DNA of 63,918 nt, the filler included, from Octopus bimaculoides (Eukaryota): assembly GCF_001194135.2 (NCBI RefSeq). It is 5 parts of 5 records of this genome, joined end to end, with 100 filler letters (N's around TTAATTAATTAA, not from the genome) between each part and the next. Parts side by side here need not be neighbours in the genome. Positions count along the whole stretch, not along the records: positions 22,981 to 45,919 come from NC_068987.1; 4 more parts are not named here. The stretch is one strand, 5' to 3'. Every line of letters begins with the position of its first letter. Within the stretch, counting starts at the first letter, position 1. The notes beneath the pieces were generated by a model, which searched no databases, was not told the DNA's origin, and saw only the letters and a list, made by a program, of their open reading frames with translations. Shown piece after piece: positions 26,344 through 37,267 of the stretch. Both the position numbers and the translations under genes were made by a program.

Positions 26344-26385
26344 TCACTGCCTGGAATCGAACTCGGAATGTTAGGGTTAGTAGCT
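26161..26385 (-). mobile_element. SINE-like element: truncated tRNA-like head (B box) + (AAT)n + hammerhead-containing tail (left copy)
   Basis: Minus strand gctactaaccctaacattccGAGTTCGATTCCaggcagtgacctg(aat)n..catcgaaaagtacctcaggaatgagaaccc..HHR..gacaaatatccgtcaaatgtaaataatg. Confidence 0.75.
26216..26261 (-). ncRNA. Apparently intact minimal type I hammerhead ribozyme
   Basis: GACAC-CTGATGA-A-GGCTG(GAGGGTGCAT)TAGCC-GAA-ACGT-T-GTGTT: 5-bp stems I and II, extra A after A9, palindromic ACGU stem III. Confidence 0.8.
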
Positions 26386-26475
26386 ACTAACTCCAAGATT
26401 CTGAGTTCAATTACAGGCAGTCACCTGAATAATAACAATAATAATAATAATAATAATAGTAATAATAATAATAAT

Positions 26476-26898
26476 GTCAAGACCTACCAAAAACTGAGCA
26501 AATATAAAGATCTTGAAATAGAAATTAGCAAAATGTGGAATCTGAAGACGAAAACAATACCTATTGTCATAGGTGCCCTGGGAATGACAGCGAAACGGGC
26601 TGATTACTACCTAGCTCAGATACCAGGAAACCCTAAAATGGCTGAAGTTCAAAAGATAGTGCTCGTGGGAACTGCCCATATCCTACGTAAAATACTGTCT
26701 ATGTGATCTCAAATTTTAAAACAAACACATAATTTTCTTATGGTTTCTTAAACATTCACTAGAACAAAACTGTACAAATCCAAATATATGGTACCCTAGG
26801 CATAACACCTACATGAACTTCTAACTTGTTGTCTCTTGAGGTCTCTGGGTGAGACTTGGATCCAACTTGTACAAATGCAAAACAAAAGTCAAACATAA

Positions 26899-26940
<42 letters not shown>
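26476..26940 (+). mobile_element. 3' end of an RLE-type non-LTR retrotransposon (R4/Dong-like): C-terminus, 3' UTR and (TAA)n tail
   Basis: KLSKYKDLEIEISKMWNLKTKTIPIVIGALG..VQKIVLVGTAHILRKILSM* (stop 26704-26706), typical of the RLE C-terminal region (K..KY..L, PIVIGALG). Confidence 0.85.
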
Positions 26941-26941
<1 letters not shown>

Positions 26942-26988
26942 TCGAAAAATACATTAGAAATGAGAACCCACGTTCGAAATTCCCCCAA

Positions 26989-27034
26989 AATACCTGATGA
27001 AGGTTGGAGAGTATATCAGCCGAAACTTTGTGTT
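26989..27034 (+). ncRNA. Hammerhead motif with a probably inactivating stem III change
   Basis: AATAC-CTGATGA-A-GGTTG..CAGCC-GAA-ACTT-T-GTGTT; ACGT has become ACTT. Confidence 0.65.
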
Positions 27035-28749
27035 AACAACAAACAAGATGAGAACAAATATCCGTCAAATGTAAATAATATACATAATTTCTCATCTCTT
27101 AATTGTAGAACTGTACTACCTCCCTTGTTCGAAAATATAAGTCACAGTTAGTGCGTCGATAGCCAGCTGGAGATGATGTTTTCCTGGGGCTAAATAGCAG
27201 TAACATTCGTCCTGTTTTAACCATCATCCTTTAAATTTGAAGGTCTTGCAGATTTTTATAGTCCCAGATATCGTGATCTTTTGTAGCATATGAATTAAGG
27301 ATTTGAATTCTCTCCTCAAGTATGTATGTATGTATGTATGTATGTATGTATGTATGTATGTATGTATGCATGAATGAATGGTTGATAGATATGCATGAGA
27401 CCAATCGAACATCATCGTCCTGTGTTTGTTCATTGATAATACAATGCCTCCATTATACTCCAATACTGACAAAAATGTTCGGAAGTATATTTCAGATATA
27501 AGTATTGTACTTGGTTTAAATATTTTATCTCCCAAAAAAAATTTCCAACCGCTAATAAAGCCAGCCCCTTCATAGCGCCCGCGTGACATTTGCTGTCCCT
27601 TTCCGTGCTCACAAACTGGGTGGCAGTGCTCTTAAGAAAGTACTACCTCAAAGACCACTACCTCAGACAATTTCAGCACCCATCTACGAACCAACAGATT
27701 AATGATCAAACCCTCAAATATTACCATACTATATACGACATCTGACAAACTAATTATTATGTCTTCTCTTTCGTTCTTGCACTGTTGCTCTGTTTCTCCT
27801 CTGAACTAACTAGCAACTCTTTTTTCTTTATCTCTAATGCTTCAGACTCACGCCTAAAGCCCAACATTAAAACAAATCACCTAATCTTCATCCTCCTCGG
27901 AAATTCAATCCTTTGGAACCTTTTCCCTTTCTATATTGTTATTGTTGTTTAAGTCTGGGTCAAACCTGATAAGAACTGAACTCCGACGAAAGGTATTGTA
28001 GTTACGATTCTATATAAGATCATGATTTTTGTTGGGGCTTTTTTCCAGACATGAATTTATATAGGATTATATTATCTAATGTGTTCTTTTTCATTATCAT
28101 GTAATATGGAGGACATTTGATTGTTATTTCTAATAAATCGAGATAGATTGTTCCTTTTCTTCCAAATAGAACTTCCTTTGTTTTCTGCACAGGTACCAAC
28201 ATAGTCTGCATGTAACTCCCTATTAGTGGCCACTAAGTTTATGAGCACACTAGCCACCCTAATTGAATAATAATTTCTAACTTTGACACACAGCCAAAAT
28301 TTCCTTCTGTTTTGTTTGAGAAATATTGGATTGATTAAATGTGTGTCAGAAGGTGAAGTCTAAGATTGGTCCTTTCATTTTCTTTTTATCAACCGTATGA
28401 AACTGAGCCGTCTTTGACGGAATTTGAAATCTTCCATTCCATTCTTTTATAGAATCAGAAGAAATATTCAACCTAGTCCCAACCTAATATATAAAGAATG
28501 AAAATAAAAACAAATCTTTTCTATATCCAGGCATTTCAGAATGATAAAATATAATTTGAGTTTTATACCATAAGTGATAGACAACGAATACACGCTTATT
28601 ATATCGCAATTTGTACACTAAGGAATCATTATATGGTAATCTGTACAGTAAGGAAATAACTAAAACAAACAGTTGAAAGTGTTAAATATATATTTCTGAC
28701 TAAGGAAAAACATATTTACTTTAAAAAGAAAAATACCATATAGCTATTT

Positions 28750-30110
28750 TAAATTCTTCTGCCCGAGTGTTTAACCTGCAGCTGCAATTTTTCGATGGGT
28801 TTCTTTACAATATTTCCTAATATGGCTCTGTTTCATAGACTGTTTAAAGCGGATTTTATATTTAATGTGCTAGCATAGCTTGTTGCAGGGATAAATGAAT
28901 TCGGATTATGGTCAAAATATGAAAGAATTGTGTTCTGCTTAAGAAGACCAAGACAATTTTTCAGTTGTTTCGTTTTCATTATACCTGTCGGATTAAATTT
29001 CTGCATCTCGCTTTTCTGGATTAACCGAACTATCAATAATATCTTGATCTGAAAATGTTAGGGTCAAATCAATATGGATGACACTTACAATCCAATCATC
29101 AATATTTTTATCCTCGTTACTATGAAATATATTTTCTACGGACGCCATCTGTATCGTCTGCAGTTAGTCTGCATCATCTGTTATTTGTCTGCATCATCTG
29201 ATATTTGTCTGTATTGTTTATTGTTTATATTGTCTGCTGCTCGTCTTTTGTATCGTCTACAGCTAATCTGTATAGCCTGTTGTTTGTTCATCTGTAATTT
29301 GCTTGTACTGTCTGTATTATTAACTTTATGCTCTGCCGGACATTAAAACCACAAAAAACAACTTTATCAGTAAAAATTAGATAGCCAAATATGAAAATAC
29401 ACCAAAATTTTCGTACTATTTCGAAAGATTTGTTTTAACAGAAGTTCTGCCATAACAGGCGTAAAGAGCACATCCTCAATTGCAAATCCGAGTTGAAAAT
29501 CAAGGATATAAACATTACTGTTGATAAATAATTTCATAAAAATATTTCTGTAGGAAAATATGAAAATCTGGATAATTTTCGCTTCCATTGTGAGAAGCGA
29601 CTTTGTGTGATAAAAATTACATGACGTAGGATTTTATGAAGCAAACTTAATCCCATAGGGATTAAAGCTGGCAATTTTCAAAGGGTTATACACTTATATT
29701 TTTACACATCACGTAAATTAAGTCAAAATTGGTGAGCAAACCAATTTTGAAAATTGTTCTTTAGATATCAATTATTATAGATAATATAAAAGACACTGAC
29801 AGATGCAGTATTACCTTCAATATTCCGCTTTGCTGGAAGATACCAATCACTAAACAGCTTCATCCTTTGTTGGCTAGATGCATTTGAGCATATAAAAATT
29901 GTCAATCGATTTGTATTATGCTTGAAATCACTAGCACATGCTTCACTGGAACTTCCCGAAGTTCCCGTTGCAAAACAATTTCAATAAAGGTCAGATTCGT
30001 CGGTGTTGTACATTTGATCATCTCTAAGATTTCATTCTTCGACAAGTTCATCAAATGTCACATTGTGCTCCTTTATAGCTGCTTTTCACTGTGATCATTG
30101 GTTTCGCTAC
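28750..30110 (-). pseudogene. Decayed Tigger/pogo-family transposase (DDE_1)
   Basis: Minus strand FDELVEE*NLRDDQMYNTDESDLY*NC..ACASDFKHNTNRLTIFICSNAS..FQNWFAHQF matches QIYNADETGLFW / RxTVxxCxNAxG / IFxxWF. Confidence 0.75.
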
Positions 30111-30199
30111 CAATGTCCAATTTGTTTTTCATTTTTTTTTAATTTCATGATGTGTCATAAGTCATAGTTGTTTAGATGCTGCGAAACACGTTACATCAC

Positions 30200-30200
30200 A

Positions 30201-30271
<71 letters not shown>

Positions 30272-30315
30272 GTATCTATCTATCTATCTATATATATATA
30301 TATATATATATATAT
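30200..30315. repeat. (TATC)n + (AT)n microsatellite
   Basis: Read directly. A similar (GATA)n tract lies at 33905-33982. Confidence 0.95.
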
Positions 30316-31344
30316 NNNNNNNNNNNNNNNNNNNNNNNNNNNNNNNNNNNNNNNNNNNNNNNNNNNNNNNNNNNNNNNNNNNNNNNNNNNNNNNNNNNNN
30401 NNNNNNNNNNNNNNNNNNNNNNNNNNNNNNNNNNNNNNNNNNNNNNNNNNNNNNNNNNNNNNNNNNNNNNNNNNNNNNNNNNNNNNNNNNNNNNNNNNNN
30501 NNNNNNNNNNNNNNNNNNNNNNNNNNNNNNNNNNNNNNNNNNNNNNNNNNNNNNNNNNNNNNNNNNNNATATATATATATATATATAAATTCCAAAAGAC
30601 GGTACCAGCGGCGAGACGCCACTAGGAATACCTAACGAACTTACAGCACAATGACGAAAACAAACACGACAAAATAAAATAACTATACATATACAACGAA
30701 AAAATACCATACCACCGCAAGACGCAGAGGGAAATGAAAATGTCCTGTAGGAATGGAAGCGCGATAGAGACAGAGAGAATGTTAGAACGAAAATGAAGAA
30801 AACAAGCAGTGTAAAAAAAGTGTAGGAACAGTGAGAAACATGGCTGACCGAATCAACGGTCATGCGAAAAAGGAAACGAATGAGAGATATGTGAATGGTC
30901 GCGGGTCACGTAGTTGTGGGAGGAGAGAGAAAGAGTGGTGGAGAGTAGGGCAGAAGCAACAAGCGGAAGTGCTAGAGAAGGAAAGAGTGAGAAAGAGAGA
31001 GGGAGGAGGATGGTAAAAGAAAGAGAAAGAAAGAGAAAGTGACAGAAATATATGTTGCATAAAAAATATTCAACTGAATATTCTATAGACTGAATAAAAA
31101 ATAAGAAATCGTGATGTTACATAAATAATATTCTAAAATGTTAACAAAAACACAACAAACGGAAAATTTGTAGCTAATTCCTCATCAGTCAACGTGCAAA
31201 AGATCATAATAATTTCGCAACTTTAACGATGATATTGTTCACTTTTGGTGGCGCCAGCGGTGAAAAGCCACTGGGAATAGCTAACGAACGCACGGGATAA
31301 TGACGAAAACAAATACGACAAAAAAAAATAATAAATATAAATAC

Positions 31345-31700
31345 TAGCAGAAAACCTACGAGTGTTCAAGTCGCACAAAATCCTGAAGGAGAAGCTGCGG
31401 GTCATGTGGAAGGCAAACGTTAAAGCGTGGGTCACCAGGAAATTCTTCACCGAGTGGGTCAAACTTCTGGAGAGAACTCTTCCTCTCAAGACCCTCCTCA
31501 TCCTCGACAATGTTCCTGCTCACCTTCCTAACTTCGAAAATGATATCCTAGCCCTAGATGAATCTAAATTCATAAAATTTTTATACCTTTCTCGCAACAC
31601 GATCCCTATCTTGCAGCCCATGGACCAACAGGTGATTTCTAATTTTGAGAAATTGCACACCAAGTACCTGTTTCGTCAATGCTTTGAAATCACACTGGGA
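31345..31700 (+). pseudogene. Tigger1-like transposase DDE fragment
   Basis: KLRVMWKANVKAWVTRKFFTEWV..LLILDNVPAH..FLYLSRNTIPILQPMDQQVISNFEKLHTKYLFRQCFE (DN.PAH and LQPMDQ motifs). Confidence 0.9.
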
Positions 31701-32094
31701 ATAGTTAGCTAACGTATTGGACAATGATGAAAACAAACAAGACAAAATAAAATAATTATATATATATACAACGAAAAAATGCTGTACGACCGTAAGACTG
31801 TATGAATAATGAATGAATAAATGAATGAATGAATGAATGAGAAATAGAGAATGAAGAGGCAAAACACTTGTTTCACTTCAGAGCATGTAATTTATAATTT
31901 AAGCATAGTGCAGCGTAGTTATAATAAATATAGGATTATAATGTAATGCGTAAAGTCTCACAGCTGTTTCTAGAATAACTGAGCATATATTAGTGAATAA
32001 AGATTTACATGTAAGCTAACTATGCTGACATCGGAGATAGAATTAAGGAATATCATTAATGAAGGATATTTGTAGTTAAAGTTAGGGGACATAA

Positions 32095-32349
32095 ACAAAG
32101 CAACACCGGTTATCAAGCGGTGGGGAGGGGGAGCAGATACAGACATAAAGACACCCCCTATATATATATANNNNNNNNNNNNNNNNNNNNNNNNNNNNNN
32201 NNNNNNNNNNNNNNNNNNNNNNNNNNNNNNNNNNNNNNNNNNNNNNNNNNNNNNNNNNNNNNNNNNNNNNNNNNNNNNNNNNNNNNNNNNNNNNNNNNNN
32301 NNNNNNNNNNNNNNNNNNNNNNNNNNNNNNNNNNNNNNNNNNNNNNNNN

Positions 32350-32381
<32 letters not shown>

Positions 32382-32570
32382 TGTATGTATGTATGTATGT
32401 ATGTATACATCGGGCTTCTACCAGTTTCCGTCTACCTAATCCACTTACAAGGTTTTAGTTGACCCGAAACTATAGTAGAAGACACCTTCCCAAGGTGCTA
32501 CGCTGTGGGACTAAACTCGGAACCATGTGATTAGGAAGCAAACTTTTAAATACACAGCCACTCATGCGCT
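32095..32570 (-). mobile_element. SINE A with an expanded internal microsatellite and gap
   Basis: caacaccggttatcaagcgg before the gap; cagtttccgtctacc..ggaaccatgtg..cacagccactcatgcgc after it. Confidence 0.8.
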
Positions 32571-32619
32571 TGTATGTATGTATGTATGTATGTAAGTATG
32601 TATGTATGTATATATATAA

Positions 32620-32667
<48 letters not shown>

Positions 32668-32754
32668 NNNNNNNNNNATTCAAATACAAGGGGCATTTTC
32701 CTTGTTTCTGCCTGTCTCTGCCTCTCTTGTTCACTCTTGTGGGTTCGAGGTCGT

Positions 32755-32787
<33 letters not shown>

Positions 32788-32790
<3 letters not shown>

Positions 32791-33099
32791 CAAAATAAGC
32801 ACCAAAGATATCCAGAGGTAATGCAGTACGATCGTTTCATGCAACTCCATTTAATTGAACAATGCAATCATTACACCAATTTATAATGCAGGGAAATCCT
32901 CGGCTTCACAAAGACATAGAATTTAGTTAAATTAGATTTTAATTAGAATTTAATTAAATTACAATTGTAATTTAATTCTAATTTAATTAAATTCTATGTC
33001 TTTGTGGAGCTGAGGATTGCTCTGCATTTTAAATTGATGTAGTTGCATGAAACGATCGTACTGCATTACCTCTGGATATCCTTGTTGCTCATTCTGATT
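32788..33099. repeat. ~310-bp foldback (inverted duplication) carrying hammerhead-like cores on both arms
   Basis: The arms are reverse complements (gatatccagaggtaatgcagtacgatcgtttcatgcaact / agttgcatgaaacgatcgtactgcattacctctggatatc). Central perfect palindrome at 32952-32977. Confidence 0.9.
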
Positions 33100-33194
33100 T
33101 TAATCACCTTACTTTGAAATTGTATGGATAATAGCGTACTAAATTCTGGTGCCTCAACTTAAGTACCATATTCATCTGACTCTAAATTTTTGCT

Positions 33195-33276
<82 letters not shown>

Positions 33277-33469
33277 AGTGTGTGTGTAAGTGTGTGTGTG
33301 TATATATGTATGTATGTATGTATGTATGTACGTATGTAGGAATGTATGTATATGTGCACATGTGCGCACGCGCATGAATCAACCAGGAACGGGAAGGTGT
33401 CCTATATCTTTCTCTCCTAAAGGATGAATTGATCAGTTATTGAATATAGTAAGCCTGGTTTTTAAACTA

Positions 33470-33502
<33 letters not shown>

Positions 33503-33595
33503 GCAGAGTACATGTTATTATCTTTTAGAAAGAAAAGATTATTAGTGATTTAGAAGTTTCGCCTTGTCGTCGTTATAACTTTGTGTGTGGGTGTG

Positions 33596-33626
<31 letters not shown>

Positions 33627-33905
33627 ATTTGTGTGAGCGTGCGCGTGCGCGCGTGTGTACTCGCGTCTGTGCATGTATGTACCTGTGTGCGTGTATGTGC
33701 CTGTGTGTGTATGTGCCTGTGTGTGTGTATGCGTGGGAGTGAGCGTGTGAGTGTGTGTACGTGTGTGCGCGCGCGTTTGTCTGAGAGAGAGCGTATGTTT
33801 GTGTGTGTGTATTTATGTATATACCTGAACGTGCATCCAGATATATATTTACACATATTCGCACACACATATACATTTATGCATGTATGTATGTATGTAT
33901 GTATG

Positions 33906-33983
<78 letters not shown>

Positions 33984-34536
33984 GGACACACACTTGTCTC
34001 CATAAACACAAACTCATACATACACATACATAACACATACACTTCTTTTTAACGGTATTAACAGAAACACTGTGCTACTAAAACATTTTTTGATCAGATG
34101 AAAGCGATAGTCTCCCCTCCGTCTTTCTTCCCCTTCTCTCACTCCCTCTTTCTCTTGTTCTCACACTCACTCTCTCGCGCTCCCACACACACACTCACTC
34201 ACTCTCCTTCCCTTTCTGTCTGTCTCTCTTTCTATCTATCACACTATCTACATTTTATTTAATCTTTTCCTTCCATTACCTCTATCACCTTTTATCTCCT
34301 TCTCTTCTCCTCCACCTCTCCTTATCCCTGCCATCAATCGATCTCCTCCTATATCGATCTGCCACTGTTTCCTATGAGATGAGTGTGAACGCTGAAGAGA
34401 CAAGAGATTGGCAATCCAGCGCCTATTAACGCCAATTTCAAGAGCAATATCGCATAATCTAGGCCAATCTTTACCACTGATTGAAGCTACACCATCAATA
34501 CTTGAATAAATAAACACATTCATACGCGCGCGCGCG

Positions 34537-34581
<45 letters not shown>

Positions 34582-34950
34582 ATACACAGAAACAAAGACA
34601 TATAGATGATATATTGAAAAATAAATAAATAGAATGCAACCACAACAATGAGTACATGAATATATAGGCGCATCCTCAGGTCTTCAATGTTGAAATAGTG
34701 CGGCCTCACGTATTTCAATAAAACACACANNNNNNNNNNNNNNNNNNNNNNNNNNNNNNNNNNNNNNNNNNNNNNNNNNNNNNNNNNNNNNNNNNNNNNN
34801 NNNNNNNNNNNNNNNNNNNNNNNNNNNNNNNNNNNNNNNNNNNNNNNNNNNNNNNNNNNNNNNNNNNNNNNNNNNNNNNNNNNNNNNNNNNNNNNNNNNN
34901 NNNNNNNNNNNNNNNNNNNNNNNNNNNNNNNNNNNNNNNNNNNNNNNNNN

Positions 34951-34982
<32 letters not shown>

Positions 34983-35822
34983 TAAATACATATACACATA
35001 CACACACACACAAATTAACATATATGGAATCCCATGAAGCAGCATTGAATAAAATCTATTCGTGATGGGACGTGGGAAGACCTCCTTTTGCACCGAAAAG
35101 AGTCCCTGGAGAAATTTCTGTTACTAGATGACATGTGTAAAAACAAATACACTGGGCTGTGAATGACGTCACCGGAACGTAAGACGCATGCGTTAATGCG
35201 TCTTTGCCTCGTCACTTTCCCAAAATCTGCCATTCACAGCACGAAAAGAACAAATCCATTCTTATATTAGAACACCATACTATACGTTTGATACTATGTG
35301 TAAAACTAAAGTTAAATAAATATTTCTTGGGGTTGTAGTTGATGGCACAAAGGGAAACAGGGACGAAGGATTCCTTCTATCCAATGATGCCATTCATAGT
35401 CCAAAGTGGTTTGGCCACGTGTCGTCCAGAAGGAGTATTTTCTGCAAGGATAATTTCTACAGCAGAAGGCCCGAGCTTGTTAAATATGACTTCCCAGAAA
35501 ATTATTTTATTCAACGCTGCTTTGTGCAGCTTATTTAATTCCAGCTTGCTCAAGCTTTACACAGCTCAGCAAACGTACCGTATGACCGCAGGCTGTTCTA
35601 ATATAAGACAGAATTCGTTCTTTTCGGACTATGAAGGGCAGAGTTTGTGTTCGTAGCTGACGGTGCGGAAATGCATACGCTCTATAATTCAGTGACTTCA
35701 TTCATAGCCCAATCAATGTCTTTTCGCATCATGCCGAGGTGAATTTTCCAGGGGACAATTTCCGCAGCGGAATGTCTTCTCATGTTCGAGTGCGCACGTG
35801 AGTGGAATATGACTTTACAACA

Positions 35823-35853
<31 letters not shown>

Positions 35854-36033
35854 NNNNNNNNNNNNNNNNNNNNNNNNNNNNNNNNNNNNNNNNNNNNNNN
35901 NNNNNNNNNNNNNNNNNNNNNNNNNNNNNNNNNNNNNNNNNNNNNNNNNNNNNNNNNNNNNNNNNNNNNNNNNNNNNNNNNNNNNNNNNNNNNNNNNNNN
36001 NNNNNNNNNNNNNNNNNNNNNNNNNNNNATATA

Positions 36034-37200
36034 TATTAGGTTGTTTCACATGAAATGTCGTATTTGAAAGGCAACAATAAAATGTTTCAGAAGTGTTAGA
36101 GAACTGATTTATTTAATTAGAGTATGATCCATGTTCATTTATGATGTTTATCCAACGTTTCTCTATGTCATATATTCCATCTCTTTAAAAAAATCATATT
36201 TTGCTGTGATAAACTGTTCGAATGCTTCAGTTAACTATTCTCTATTTAAGAATGTTTTATTGCTTATGAAAAGCTCAAAATCCTTAAATAAGTGATATCA
36301 GGGGAATAGGGAGGATGTTGCAAAAGCTCATAATTCAGGCTTTGAAACTCATGGACCGTAGCTTGAGGAGTGTGAGGACGTGCATTGTCGTGGAGCAAAA
36401 TTGGGCCATCTCTACTCTCTAGTCTGGATTGCTTCTTTTTCAAATTCTCACGCATACAATCAATTTCCTGGTAATACGATGTTGCTGTTACCGCTTTTAC
36501 TTGTTGCAAAAATGAATAATGAATAACTCCCTTCGCAGACCATCATAGAGTGGCCATTAACTTTTTAGGGTGCAATGGTGAGTTTGGTAAGTGTTTAGGT
36601 GACTGTCCTGTTCTCCTGCTGTTGTCAAAGAATATCCATTTCTCGACCATCGGTTCGACCGATCAAAGTAATGATTTGTTGCAAAAATGGTCTTTTTCCA
36701 GTCGAGAAAGCAATAAGGAGCACACTTCAAGGTGTCTGTGTTTTTTTAATCTCGTTCAGTTGATGTGGCTTTTCCAATTTTTTACAGGTGTCCAAGAACA
36801 GTTGTGCGAGATGTTTGGAGTTCTGATGAAAGTTTTCAAACCTTCGTTCTTGGATTTTGCTCAACCAAAACATTTAATCCATCATGCCGAATAACTGATT
36901 TTTGGTCTACCCCTTGGTTTATTTTCAAGGCTATCATCTCCTGAACGAGAGCTTTGGAACCATCTCTGAACAGTTCTGATGTCAAGAAAACCATTACCAA
37001 AGGCCTGCTTGATATTTCGTAGAACTTCTGCAGCAGAGTGATCCAGTTTGTACTCATACGAGAAAATCACTCAGCATAGTTTGGTTGTTATCATTATCAT
37101 AAGGTCTGTGGGTACGAATTTTGTATACCAATATTGTTGGGAAAGAAAAAGAATCAAGGTTAAATGCAAGCTATCTTACATATTAAAATTGAAAATGTGC

Positions 37201-37267
<67 letters not shown>

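Larger units (their letters stand above)
26382..27090 (+). mobile_element. Second copy of the tRNA-head/HHR element, interrupted by an R4/Dong-like fragment
   Basis: Head 26382-26430, (AAT)n, insertion, then the body resumes at ~26941 as the reverse complement of 26161-26310. Confidence 0.75.

Noticed and set aside
314-33178. CAGA(T/C)GA motifs near microsatellites (314, 6458, 23906, 33172) as a U4A hammerhead variant
   Set aside because: I could not build complete stems I-III with a GAAA partner, and a 7-mer is expected by chance.
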